A stretch of DNA of 63,902 bases, counting the filler, from Olpidium bornovanus S191 (lineage: Eukaryota; Fungi; Olpidiomycota), in assembly GCA_017911155.1 (NCBI GenBank). It is 31 parts of 31 records of this genome, joined end to end, with 100 filler letters (N's around TTAATTAATTAA, not from the genome) between each part and the next. Parts side by side here need not be neighbours in the genome. Positions count along the whole stretch, not along the records: positions 1 to 2,332 come from JAEFCI010000365.1; positions 2,433 to 5,609 come from JAEFCI010003533.1; positions 5,710 to 7,999 come from JAEFCI010004283.1; positions 8,100 to 11,643 come from JAEFCI010005840.1; 27 more parts are not named here. One strand, 5' to 3'. Below, one piece after another: positions 1 to 10,970 of this stretch. The position numbers were made by a program, and so were the translations under genes. How positions within the stretch are numbered: the stretch's first letter is position 1; the number at the start of each line of letters is the position of its first letter. The notes below the pieces were generated by a model. The model saw nothing but the letters and a program-made list of their open reading frames with translations, made no database searches and had not been told where the DNA came from.

Positions 1-778
1 CATGATTCCGCGTCTGAATCTGCGTCCACTTCTACGTCTGAACTGGTTTCTGGGTGTGAATCTGCGTCGAATTCTGCGTTTGTATTTCTGCGTCAAGTTC
101 GTTGCAAACATTTCGATCACTTGCTTGGAGTGTCGTTGGCGCGCGTCGTAGAGGAATCCGGGTGCGGGGGCCACCGGCGTGCCGTTTTCCTTTCTGAAGC
201 AAGCCGAGCTCAAAATGCGTTTCCATAATCATTCCCGCGCGGCGAACCGCGTCCATAACGGATGGGCGACGGAAGGCTGCTCAGCTGGGAAGGCGGGCTG
301 CGCCGAGGAAGGCGGGCCGCGGCCAGGTCGGCCGCGTGTTTGCTGCGGGGGTTGAGCGCACAGAACACCCCTGGGACAACGCCTCCCTCCCCCTTCCGCC
401 AGCAGAAATAAAAAATAAAAAATAAAAAATATAAAATAAAAAAAAGAAAGAGAAAATCGCGTGAATTACTGCTGGTTTCTCTCTCTTGTTCTTCTTCTTC
501 CCGTCTTCTCCTTCTCTTCCCTTTATTTGCTGTCGGCGGCCAAATGGAGGAGGAAGCCGGATACGCCGACCAGCCGTCGCACGTAGTTGTTGGTCACGTG
601 ACCCGTAGGACATCAGACGGTTCACAACAAAAGTAAAAATAAAAAAAAAATTACGATAAAAAAACCCTCGCAAGCGTCCCCGGCAGGACAGACCGCGAAC
701 CGCGAGCCGCGCCGCTCGGTAGCAGCGTCTGTACAAGATCCTCACGCAGCAGGGCCCCTGGCAGCCCGCGGAACAAAC

Positions 779-2332
779 ATGGCCGGTGCCTACTCCGACC
801 GTTGGGACCCCGAAATCTCACGAGAGGCGAACGGCTCCGGGCTTCACCACGCAAACAGAGCGGAGGAGCTGTCGTCCGTCAGCAAGGACTTCGTCCCGCA
901 CCGGGGCGTCCCGGTTGCAGCCGCGCTGGTCCTTGCTTCCATGGTGGGCATCGTGATGCGCATCCAGCTGCAGGCTCTCCACGACTTTCCCGAGGCCATC
1001 GTGCCACCGCTGTACTATCCCGAGGCTGTCGGCAGCGTTCAGATCGGGTTTTCCACTGCCATGAAGCCCAGGCTGGTCCGGAGGTAGGGTGCCGAGGGAA
1101 GTGTTTCTTTTTTTGTTTGTTTGCGGGCGCCGCAGCGCGCGGAGCTGTCTACGTTTTATGGGCGGCCGCTCACGATGTAGCCCGGTCTGCAGATACCTGC
1201 CCCTCTTCATCGGCTTAACCGTGGGTGTCGCGGGCTCGGTCACGACTTTCTCGTCTTGGAGTTTGCTCGTTTTTCGCTCCTACGCCGTGACCACCCTGTC
1301 TCCAGGACGCATCGTGCGTATTCTTTACAGGCCGCCCTTCAGGCCGGTTCCTGAGAATTTCTCAGGCAAGTCATTGCTTACCGCGTACTCCGGACGGACT
1401 GCCTCCCCGAAGTTTCAAACCACCGTGGCGCAGGTTATCCTCGGGTTCTCCATTTCCGTCTCCGGAATGGTTTTTGGCAGGCATTTGGCAATGGGAATCC
1501 AGCACCTCCAAGGCCGTGGCCGGAGAAACGAAGAGAAGGGAACAGACTTTCAGTCGAACCCGCTTTCGGCTGTGGAGGCGACTGCAGTTTCCGTAAAGAA
1601 CGCAGCACTGCAGGAGGCGACTGGTTTGGAGGCCTCTTCCTCGTCTAACAAACTCCTCGGGCGGACAGAAAGTCAATGTCTGTCTGGGCAGTCGCCAACT
1701 CTGGTCCCGCACAAGGAAACGCCGCACACGATCGGGCCGGAGACGTGGGAACTGAGCGAGATGGACAGGGTGGATTGGACTGTGACCGTCCTGGGGGCCG
1801 CCGCTTGGGCACTAGCTGTTTACGGTGCCTCCAGCATTGACGCCGCCACTCCAAACTTTGCGACGCAGTGGATTTGGTCATGGTGCTTCGGTCCGGCCGG
1901 TACGCAAAGCTCTCTGATGCGAAGTGCCGCTCAACAAGACACTTACGTTTTTCCGCATTTTGCATCGGGACAAATAGGTACTCTGCTGCGATGGCGGTTA
2001 TCCCGCCTGAACCTTAATCGGCCGAATTTCCCGTTGGGCACGTTCGTCGCCAACATGATAGGTTCAGCAGCCCTTGCCGGTCTGTACGTGGCATCGAGGT
2101 GGCAAGGAGCCGGGGATGCCTCGTTCAAAAGGGTGGCTTGTCTAACCATAGCTGGCTTGATGGATGGGGTCTGCGGTTGCTTGACCACGGTGTCAACGTT
2201 CGTGGTGAGTATGCTTTCACGTAGGGGCCCGAGTCGGATTCGTTCGGCACAGCTGCGTGCGACTCGTTCTGCGTTCCGGACATCTCATCGAAGCTTTTGC
2301 CTTCCTCTGTCCAGATCGAACTTTGTTCCATG
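779..2332 (+). CDS. FEX1: Fluoride export protein (FEX, tandem CrcB/Fluc domains), 3' partial, spliced
   Basis: Two CrcB-type halves: LASMVGIVMRIQL...GLTVGVAGSVTTFSSW and FPLGTFVANMIGS...GLMDGVCGCLTTVSTF. GT-AG intron at 1084-1192 joins ...LVRR|YLPLFIGL. Confidence 0.88.
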
Positions 2333-2432
2333 NNNNNNNNNNNNNNNNNNNNNNNNNNNNNNNNNNNNNNNNNNNNTTAATTAATTAANNNNNNNNNNNN
2401 NNNNNNNNNNNNNNNNNNNNNNNNNNNNNNNN
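2333..2432. other. Artificial contig linker (44 N + TTAATTAATTAA + 44 N); one of 30 identical linkers
   Basis: The same 100-nt block recurs throughout the window; TTAATTAATTAA puts stop codons in all six frames. Confidence 0.99.
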
Positions 2433-2510
2433 CATGAGACACAGACTCAGTTGTGCCCATCGTCGACACATACGGAAAATGCCCACTGTCTGACAGGGTA
2501 ATACTCCACC

Positions 2511-3967
2511 CACAAGGACGACGTGACCGTCCAGCGACATCAGGATATTTTCTGGCTTAAGATCACTGGAAAGCGAAGTGGGACGACGGCGAGCGAGAAC
2601 CGCCGGCACCGATCAGAAATAGCGACCGTAGAGAGCAATCCTTATCTAGCAACCCACCACGGGACGCTCAGTCGTATTACCGATACACAATGCCGAGTCT
2701 ATGCAGCTCTTCAATCCCAAGCAGTATTTCGGCGGCGTAGAACCTCGCACGATCCGGGTGAAACCTTCCTTGCCGCGCCAGCTGGGTGGCGATATCGCCT
2801 CCGCCGTAATAGTCAAGCACCAGGAACAGTTGGTTGTTGGATTGGAAGGAGCGGTGCAGGCGGATCAGGAACGGGTGCGAGATGCGCGCGACCTTTGCCA
2901 AAATCTCGCGCTCCGACAGGGCGTGCCGGATCTCTTTCTTGGCCAGCACCCATTCCTTTTTGATCGCCTTGAGGGCGAACAGACGGTCCGTAGAGCGCTC
3001 CTGCGCGAGGAAGACCTGTCCAAGCACGCGGAGATTAGGCAAGCGAGCGGGAGCGAGGAGTGCGCAGTGTGACCGCGTGAGCTACGAGGACGCAAGCAAG
3101 ATTTCCCGGAAACGCGACAACAACGACCGCCTCCGACCGGGGTTTAGGCTCTCGGCCTGAACCGCTCTCGCCGTTACTTCCCCGGCAAGGGGGCGAGAGC
3201 TTAAACAGCGGCGCTCGACACTTCACCTTGCCCATGCAACCCTTGCCCAGGACACGCAAGAGCGTAAAGTCCTCCACCACCTGGTGCTCAGCCCTGTTGC
3301 GGTTGGAGAGCGCGACGACCCCGTCTGGGGGGACGGGTTCCCTTTCGCCTCCGGTGCCTGCGTCGTCGTCAGTCCGTTCCAGCCGCGGACAAAGGCCGCA
3401 GGCCGGGGTGTCGGCGGTGACCTCCTCGATCGTTCCCAGGGCCAGCGGCAAGACGATCTTGTCCGGCAGGGGTGCAGCAGTGAAGCGGGCCGCGGGGGAA
3501 GGGTGGGGGGAGGTGAGAGATGACGCGGGAGATAACGCGGCCTGGTCCGGTTTCGACGTGTTCGCCCGCACGGGGGCTGGTCGTGCGGGGACCGGGCACA
3601 CGGCCGCGGAGGCCGCGTTCGGGCCGTCCGCGTTTCCACGTCCCCCGGGCGGCCTGTCACGGCGCGCGGAGCCGTCCTTGGCGCCGATCCGCACCGGGCC
3701 CTCGTTGCCCCTCCGCCTCCGCGACACGCGCCGGCCGCCGCCGGGGAAGCCGGCCTCCTGCGCAGGGTGACCTGACGCAGACGCGGGAGGGAAGGTCGTG
3801 GTCGCCCTCGCGGGGCCGCGATCGGGAACCTCCTCGCAAGCCAACGCGGAAGCGGAATCGGCGGCGAAAGGGGCGCAGGCAGCGGCGGCGGCCCCACCAC
3901 CCACGGCAACCCTTACGGCGGCGGCGGCGGCCGCCGCACTGGCACCGGCATTTGCGACGACTGGCAT
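2511..3967 (-). CDS. AGC-family Ser/Thr protein kinase (Ypk/Sch9/S6K-like), 3' partial
   Basis: FTLLRVLGKGCMGKV|VFLAQERSTDRLFALKAIKK...EREIL...HPFLIRLH...FYAAEILLGIEELHRLGIVYR|DLKPENIL across GT-AG introns (3226-3016 and ~2679-2570); ATG at 3967 with an Ala/Pro-rich N-terminus. Confidence 0.93.
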
Positions 3968-4597
3968 CCGGGGGGGAGGGGGGGGGGAAGGTTGGGGGGA
4001 AAGAGGGGAAGGAAGTGTGGGAGAGGGGCTCTTTCTCTCTCTTTCTCTTTCTCTCTCTTTCTCGCGTCTCGCCCGCTCTCTTTCTTTCTTTGTTCGGCAG
4101 AGAGTCGACGACTGTTTACACCGCCACGCGAAAACGAAGAAAAAAGGAAAAAAGAAAGTGAAAAAGAAAAAAAAAGGACGCGAGCTTTCTTTCTTTTGTT
4201 TTTCTTCTTCTTCTTTCATCTTCTTCATTTTTATAAGATGAACGAGAGAACCCCCCCCCCTTCTTCCTTTCTCTCCTCCTCTCCCCGTCGCTGCGCGCGC
4301 GCGAAGTCGGGCCGAAATCCAGGACGCTGGCCAAAATTCTAAGATTCTTTCCGACGCTGAGGAAAAGAAGACAAAAAAGAAAAACCCCGCTCTTTACCCC
4401 AGCAAAAAAAGGTAAACCCCGTCTTCCCTCGTCTTCTCTCCTCCGCAACCCATGTGCGGCGGCAACGGGGGAAAGCGCAGTGCGCAGACCATCCCGCAGT
4501 AGCCGCGGCGCGCGCAAGAACACGCCGCCGTCGCGGGTTTTTCCACGGCGGTCACGGTTTCCGCCGGCCGGGAAAGTTTGCCGTACCTCGTCGAATC

Positions 4598-4629
<32 letters not shown>

Positions 4630-5327
4630 GTTGGGGAGAAGGGGAAGAGGGAAAACAAAAAGCAAAAAATGACAAAAGAGTACAAACGGTTTTCCGCACG
4701 GAAATCGTCACATTCCTTCTTGTGGCGAATAATATGCAAGATCGTTTTCACGCGAGATTCTGAAAAGAATAGCTCCGCCCCCCGGAGAGGCGCGCGTTTT
4801 TAAAATAAGTATAAATATTACATATATAATTAGTTTACCTTGTTGCTGCATCAGTGGATCGGCTTTTTTTTGGGCGAGAAAGGGAGGTGGCAGAATCGTA
4901 GGAGAAAAAGTGCGCCCGCGCGAATCTCAGATGCTGTCCGAAACAAGATATTCGCGGGCGAAGGGGCCCCCCGTTTCGGCCAGAGGGCAATCGGCACCGC
5001 TGACGCCGTACAGCCAACCCGCGCGGAGGGCTGCGCGTTTTCCTGCGGCGGGCAAGAGGCTCTCGCGGCGCGCGACAAAACGGTTTAGGGCAGCGCAGGA
5101 TTCGTCGCGCGGGCGACGGGGCGGCGCGTGAACGGGAACGGTGGAAGGGGGGGGGGGAGGGTAGGGAGGGAGAATGGTACGTTGTAGCGCTGGTGTGCGG
5201 GAAAGTGCGGGGGCGGGGTGATTGCGTGGGTGGTGTTGTGGGAAAAACGAGGGGAAGAGGGATGACCGATGTGATCGGGCACGCCTAAATCCGCTCCTGA
5301 GCGCGATCCCCCCCCCCCCGCCCCCTC

Positions 5328-5479
5328 TGTTGAATTCTTCGTTCGAAAGGAGCTCGCGGGAGCCGCTCTATTCCGGGAATCTACCCTATTTTATATAGAG
5401 GATTTCAAGGGGAAAACCCGGGTGGGCGCGGTGCACTATCTCCCCCCTGAACCCCTTTGTTTCAGGTCTCGTTTCAGCA
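5328..5479 (-). mobile_element. 3' LTR (~152 bp) of a Ty1/copia element
   Basis: Minus strand reads PPT (taaggcgggg), then TGCTGAAA...TATATAAAA...TTCAACA; colinear similarity to the LTR at 22323-22450. Confidence 0.7.
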
Positions 5480-5609
5480 CCCCGCCTTACTGCGCACACC
5501 TCTATCTATCTAACACCCATGGTCACTGCCTAAACTACCGATCTACCTTTAATCTATGCGTTCTTCTCAAGCTCGGGCGGTTTCACGTTTGTCTTGCGCC
5601 CTTGCGCAG
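5480..5609 (-). mobile_element. Ty1/copia 3' end (pol tail, 3' UTR, PPT)
   Basis: Encodes ...TNVKPPELEKNA*, similar to ...ANEKPPELKDVA* at 22533; 3' UTR similar to 22451-22530. Confidence 0.7.
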
Positions 5610-5709
5610 NNNNNNNNNNNNNNNNNNNNNNNNNNNNNNNNNNNNNNNNNNNNTTAATTAATTAANNNNNNNNNNNNNNNNNNNNNNNNNNNNNNNNNNN
5701 NNNNNNNNN

Positions 5710-5925
5710 CATGCGAATCTTCTTTTTTGCAACTTGCGGATTTGTTTTTTTGCGAGGTGCGAATCTTCTTTTTTTTGCGATGTGCGAATCTTTCTTTTTT
5801 TTGCGATGTGCGAATCTTCTTTTTCGCGACTTTTGCGACTTTTGAATCTTTATTTTGCGGCGACGTGCGAATCTTTTCTTTTTGCGGCGACGTGCGAATC
5901 TTCTTTTTTTTTGCGACGTGCCGTT
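5710..5925. repeat. Degenerate tandem repeat GTGCGAATC(T)n / TTTGCGA; related block at ~7485-7620
   Basis: Repeated gcgaatctt + T-tract + gcga units are visible directly. Confidence 0.8.
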
Positions 5926-5942
5926 TGGAACGAGAAAAGCCC

Positions 5943-6115
5943 GTACCGTTATGCCGAAAATTTGGGAATACCATTAATTTTCTGCATAACGGTACCAGAA
6001 AAGGTCGTACCGTTATGCTGAAAATTTGGGAATTCCATTAATTTTCTGCATAACGGTACGAGAAAAGTTCATACCGTTATACTGAAAATTTGCGAAATAC
6101 ATTAATTTTCTGCAT
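5943..6115. repeat. Tandem 64-bp units (~2.7 copies), each a ~53-bp hairpin
   Basis: Units start at 5943, 6007 and 6071. Arm GTACCGTTATGCCGAAAATT (5943-5962) is the reverse complement of 5976-5995 with 1 mismatch. Confidence 0.92.
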
Positions 6116-6149
6116 TTTTTGTGCGAATCTTTATTTTTTTGCTGCGAAA

Positions 6150-6275
6150 ATGTGAATTGTCATTTATCGATCGTCAATTGTCAATTATCGATCCTGTCAA
6201 TTATCGATCGTCAATTGTCAATTATCAATCATTAAATTGTCATTTATCAATCATCAATTGTCAGTTATCGATCGG
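6150..6275. repeat. Short-period repeat made of CAATTG / ATCGAT / CGATCG blocks
   Basis: gtcaattatcgatc-like units are repeated several times. Confidence 0.8.
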
Positions 6276-6554
6276 TGTGCCCGGCCGGCGGTGCCCGGCG
6301 GCGGCGCCCGCCTTCAGGTCTCCCCCCCTTCCCCAAACCGCCCCTCCCCCAACGAAAAACCAAAAAAAAAATTCGGCAACAGAAACCGCCCGTAACCCGT
6401 CCGTCGCCAGTTGCCCGCCCGTTCCCGTCCGTCGCCGGTTACCCGCCTGTTCCCTATCTGTCGCCGGTCCCCACTTCCAGCCGTACCACCAATTAAAAAA
6501 GTATGTAAGTTTCACTACAAAACGCAGCAAGACTTTTTCCCTATACAACCATGG

Positions 6555-7215
6555 GTTCAATTCGGAGCCTGAATTGAACCGTCCAGCAAAGTGGACCAAA
6601 GCTACAGGGGCAAAGGGCGTGTGAGAAAGGTGAGGAACCGGTTGAGGGACGGGCTGGAAAACCGAAAACCAGGACATCTTTTATGGATGCCTGCTATCGG
6701 GTTTCCCACCGCTTGGTAAATTCCGGACTCGGGTCGAAACTGCCAGCCAAGTGCACCAAAGCTACAAGGGCAAGGGCGTGTCAGAAAGGTGAGCAAAGGC
6801 TTGAGGGACTGGTAGCAAAAACCAGAACCAGGATACCTTTCATGGATGCCTGCTAACCGGGTTTTTACCGCTTAGTACTTGTACAGGTTCAATTCAGGAC
6901 CTGATTTGAACCCCCAGTGAAGTGGGACAAAGCAACTTGGGCAAGGGCGTGCTAAAACGGTGAGCAACGGCATGAGGGACTGGGTGCATAAAACAGAATC
7001 AGGATAGCTTCCATGGATGCCTGCTAACCGGGTTTTCCACCGCTCAATACTTGGTCAGGCTAAATTCAGGACTTGAATTGAACTACCAGGCGAAGTGGAC
7101 CAAACGTATATGGGCAAGGCCGCATCAGAAAGGTGAGCAACCGCTTGAGGGACTGGCTGCAAAAAACAGAGCAGGGATAACTTTCATGGATGCGGAGCTA
7201 GCCCGGTTTTCAACC
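6555..7215. repeat. Diverged ~160-173-bp tandem satellite, ~4 copies
   Basis: Anchor ATGGATGC at 6683, 6842, 7013 and 7186 (spacing 159, 171, 173); shared GGCAAGGGC, AAAGGTGAG and GAGGGAC blocks. Confidence 0.85.
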
Positions 7216-7227
7216 CTTATTGGCGGG

Positions 7228-7306
7228 CATGGCGACCATGGGGGCATGGCGACCATGGGGGCATGGCGACCATGGGGGCATGGCGACCATGGGGGCATGG
7301 CGACCA
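7228..7306. repeat. 17-bp minisatellite (CATGGCGACCATGGGGG) x ~5
   Basis: Units start at 7228, 7245, 7262, 7279 and 7296. Confidence 0.95.
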
Positions 7307-8228
7307 CGCCGGGCTGACAATTCTTCCTTCTCTCCTTCCTTCCTCCTCTCTTTTTTCCAGTCTCCTTTTCTCTGTGCACATGCAGCTTTTCAAGTTTCTA
7401 GGGTTCAGGTTTAGGCTTAGGGTTCCCGGGTTCCAGGTTTCCGGTTTCGCGTTTTGGGGTGCCTGTTTTCGGTTGTTGTTTTGTGAAGTGCGAATCTTTT
7501 TTTTTCCACAGGCTAATGTTTTTTTTTTCGTGACATGTGAATCTTCCTTTTTTTGCGACTTTTCTTTCTTTGTAACGTGCGAATTTTCTTTTTTTGTGCG
7601 ATCTCGGAGATCAAAGTTTTTTTGACACTCGTCTTTATTTTTTCCCAATTTCACAAACAAACAACAAAAAGAAGAAGTCCACATGGCTCACAGGAGGCCT
7701 ACAAAGCGCACGCTGCCGCCTCCCCCTCCTGCGGGTTCCGACCCCGTTTTTGGAGAACAAGAACAATAAGGTATTGTTCTTTACCGGGAATATCTGGGCC
7801 AGCGATCTTTTGATTGCATACCCGGGGAGAAGCTTCCCCCGGCACTGTGTGACTACTGGCGAAATTTCCCAGTACAGGATAGACCCGGGGCATACCAGAA
7901 GCTAGGGGACGACGGCCCTTGAGAGGAGGCCCCAGTGGATGGATGTCCCGCTAAGAAGCGGCGCCGGAGCCGGAAGCACCCGGTGGCAGCACGTGAGAGN
8001 NNNNNNNNNNNNNNNNNNNNNNNNNNNNNNNNNNNNNNNNNNNTTAATTAATTAANNNNNNNNNNNNNNNNNNNNNNNNNNNNNNNNNNNNNNNNNNNNT
8101 CCGCCGCAGCGCAGCCCTTCACGCAGCCCTTCGCGCAGCCCTTCGCGCAACCCCCCCCCCCCCCCCCCCCCCCGCCCCCTCCCCCGCCCCCCCCCCCCCC
8201 TTCTTCCCCCCCCCCCCCCCCCCCCCCG

Positions 8229-8275
<47 letters not shown>

Positions 8276-8279
8276 ACAA

Positions 8280-10970
8280 ATGCCGCTCCGACGGCCCGCC
8301 CGTCTCCCCGCCTCCGCCTCCTCCTTCCCCGCCCCTTGTTCCTCCTTCCTGCCCGGGCTCAAAAGCCGGCGGCACGACCCTGCGCGCTCCGGCCGGCGGC
8401 AGCGGAATGAGAGCGCGCCCGGCCAACCTGCACGCCGCACCGACAAAGCGACCCGCGAACCGCCTCCGAGGCGCGTCGCCTTTTGGCCCCCTCTCCAGCG
8501 CCCGCGAGTCCGGCGCCGGAAGATGCACTGCGCCGGGGTCCTGCCGGCGGAACTCGCCGCCCGAGTCGCCGCGGAGGGCCGCGGCGACCAAGGGACCCAC
8601 TGCCAGCAGCGACACCGCCGGAGCGGGAACTTCTCCGGAAACCGCTGCCGGCATTCCCGGCTGCACCACCGCCCCTTGCTGCTGTCGACCGCGTTTTTCG
8701 GAGACAGGGGCGCGGCCGGGCTGGCCCTCTCGGGCAAGAGAACTCGCGCCTCCGCGACGGCCTGCCCGGTGTGTCATGCCGTCCTCTGCCTGCTGTTGCT
8801 CCCCTCGCTGCTCTACCTCTTCCGCGTGTACGCCGCTTCCGCGTCGTCGCCCTTGTCGTCCTCGTTCCTCTCTGCGCCCGCGCAGACGATCGCCTGGCCG
8901 AACCGTTCGGCAAGCGCGCCCTGGCGATGGGCGCGCGACCTAAACTTCCTGTCGCCTCGACAGAGGGGCCCGGCCACGGTCCTCGTGCGGCACCGGCGCC
9001 CGTGGTGGGCGGCAGGAAGCGAGAAACCGGCGCCCGGCTCTGCTCCCGGCGAAGGGCAGAGCAGGCTGCTGTCGTCTGAGGAAGCGGGGGAGGTGTGGCC
9101 GTACTCAGAAGCCGTAGACGGCGCGATCGACGGCAGATACGATACGGAAGGGTCGTGGGGAGAGCACACGGCGAACCCCACCGGCGTTGTAGCCGGGCTC
9201 CGGCTGCTGGTCGCTGACCGGCTTGGGCGGAACAGCAGCAAGCAGTATGCGCAGCCGGCAGAGGGGGACCTCTCGTACAACCCGCACTCGCAGTTCAACA
9301 ACCAGCGGTCCGCACTCCAGAACGCTTTAGTCATCGCGCAGCTTCTGAACCGCACGCTGGTGGTTCCGCGGTGCTACCTGGGCCCTGACGCCGTCGCGCC
9401 TTGGGTCACGTCCAACCATTCGTTCCCCCTGCCGGATCGGCTCCGACTTCTGGACGGGAACTTCACGCTCAATTCGTCGTGGAACCGCAATCGGGGCGCT
9501 GGTGTCGTCGTGCCGTGCCAGGTGCTTCTGGACCTTGACGGTCCCGGTGTGCCCTACGTCGACATCGAGGAGTTCCGCCGACGGTTTGCCACGTGGTCGC
9601 CCGCGGTAAGAGCGTCGGTGGTGGCGCTCCGCGACCACGGAAGGCGGCAATACCGGTTCACGGATATGTCCGAGGCTCAGCTGCGGGAAGACGCCGAGGC
9701 CGTCCAGCAGGCGTTGCAGGACGGTCAATTCAGGGAGCTCTTGCCGCTGCGCCGGCTGGCGGCCCTCTCGCCGCGCAAGTACCCCGTGCTCCACTTCAAC
9801 TCCCTGTACGGCATCAACGCCCTGCACCTCACATTGCCGCTGACCACAAAAGCGAGGGCAGAAGTTCAACGGACGCTGTTGCTGACGAACCCCTTCATAA
9901 CACGCGCCGCCGACATGACCGTGGAACGCCTCGGCGGTCGCGGATCGTTCATATGCGGGCATTTTCGCGGCGCCGGGCGGACCTTCTCGGCCCGCGCCGA
10001 GTCTCTCTCGGTGTCGATGGTCAATATACTCAAACTAATGGCAGAAAACAAAAATCCAACGGGGGCGCCGGCAGTTGACGGTCTCGACGGAGAGGGCCTT
10101 CCTAGAGGCGAAAACGGCGGCAAATCCGCGGATCAGTCGGGCGCTCCATCAAATCCGGCGACGCCTGCAGGCGAACCGCGGTTCTCCGGAACGGTCAGCA
10201 GTCGCGTCGAGCGGCCGTTCCGGTCGATTCGAGCGGCAGTCGTTGGCAGGCCAGAGAGGTCGCGAAGGCAGCCCGGGGCAACGGCCGCGGCCGCAACTCT
10301 AGCACAGCCGGCGGCCGAACACTGGGCCGGGGCGATCGCGGCTTCCCTAAGGCGGCCGCCCTCGTCTCCGTCGAGGCCGATGGGGCGTTTCCCGGAGGTG
10401 TCGCCTCACCGTGCGCCAGAGAGCCCGTCGGGCCTCTCGAAAAGCGAGATCTTCGACGGGACCGCTCGCCCCCGGCTTTACCTCGCCACTGACGTGCCTC
10501 CCGGCGACCAAGTGATGGAGAATTTCCGCCGCGGTTTCCGCGCCAGCGGCGTCAGGTTTTGGACGCTCGCGGACGTCGTCAACGTCATCCGCCCCGTGCT
10601 CGGCGGTTGGTGGCGTCACTCGGCCGGCAGGAACGCATTCTCTCCGGAGGTCGACGCCCTCCGGCTCCTCTCGTTCCTCGACTCGCCCGACGCCGAACCG
10701 GGCGGGCGGGGGGAGGGGTGGGAAGAGGAGGAGGCGGAGGAGGACGCGGCAGACGGCGGGCCGCGGCGGCGCCGGGAATCGGTCGAGGAGCAGCTCGTGC
10801 CGTTCGCGTACCCGTTCGTCGAGCAGCTGGTGTGTTCCCGCGCGCGGTACTTCGTGGGCACGTCGGGAAGCACGTTCTCGGAGTTCGTCGTCAGTGAGAT
10901 GACCGCGGCCGGCCTTGGAGGCCAGGCCGTCATGGCCGTCCCGTCGGACGCGCCCGTGCCTGGATCGTAA
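8280..10970 (+). CDS. GDP-fucose protein O-fucosyltransferase-like glycosyltransferase, type II membrane protein, apparently single exon (true start may be downstream, e.g. MHCAGV)
   Basis: TM anchor HAVLCLLLLPSLLYLFRV; LSYNPHSQFNNQRSALQNALVIAQLLNRTLVVP; FICGHFRG; LYLATD; VEQLVCSRARYFVGTSGSTFS are O-FucT/GT-B hallmarks. Confidence 0.8.
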   Translation: MPLRRPARLPASASSFPAPCSSFLPGLKSRRHDPARSGRRQRNESAPGQPARRTDKATREPPPRRVAFWPPLQRPRVRRRKMHCAGVLPAELAARVAAEGRGDQGTHCQQRHRRSGNFSGNRCRHSRLHHRPLLLSTAFFGDRGAAGLALSGKRTRASATACPVCHAVLCLLLLPSLLYLFRVYAASASSPLSSSFLSAPAQTIAWPNRSASAPWRWARDLNFLSPRQRGPATVLVRHRRPWWAAGSEKPAPGSAPGEGQSRLLSSEEAGEVWPYSEAVDGAIDGRYDTEGSWGEHTANPTGVVAGLRLLVADRLGRNSSKQYAQPAEGDLSYNPHSQFNNQRSALQNALVIAQLLNRTLVVPRCYLGPDAVAPWVTSNHSFPLPDRLRLLDGNFTLNSSWNRNRGAGVVVPCQVLLDLDGPGVPYVDIEEFRRRFATWSPAVRASVVALRDHGRRQYRFTDMSEAQLREDAEAVQQALQDGQFRELLPLRRLAALSPRKYPVLHFNSLYGINALHLTLPLTTKARAEVQRTLLLTNPFITRAADMTVERLGGRGSFICGHFRGAGRTFSARAESLSVSMVNILKLMAENKNPTGAPAVDGLDGEGLPRGENGGKSADQSGAPSNPATPAGEPRFSGTVSSRVERPFRSIRAAVVGRPERSRRQPGATAAAATLAQPAAEHWAGAIAASLRRPPSSPSRPMGRFPEVSPHRAPESPSGLSKSEIFDGTARPRLYLATDVPPGDQVMENFRRGFRASGVRFWTLADVVNVIRPVLGGWWRHSAGRNAFSPEVDALRLLSFLDSPDAEPGGRGEGWEEEEAEEDAADGGPRRRRESVEEQLVPFAYPFVEQLVCSRARYFVGTSGSTFSEFVVSEMTAAGLGGQAVMAVPSDAPVPGS

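Noticed and set aside
5943-6115. Palindromic repeats resembling a CRISPR array
   Set aside because: The spacers are only 11 nt and nearly identical, there are no cas genes, and the context is eukaryotic.
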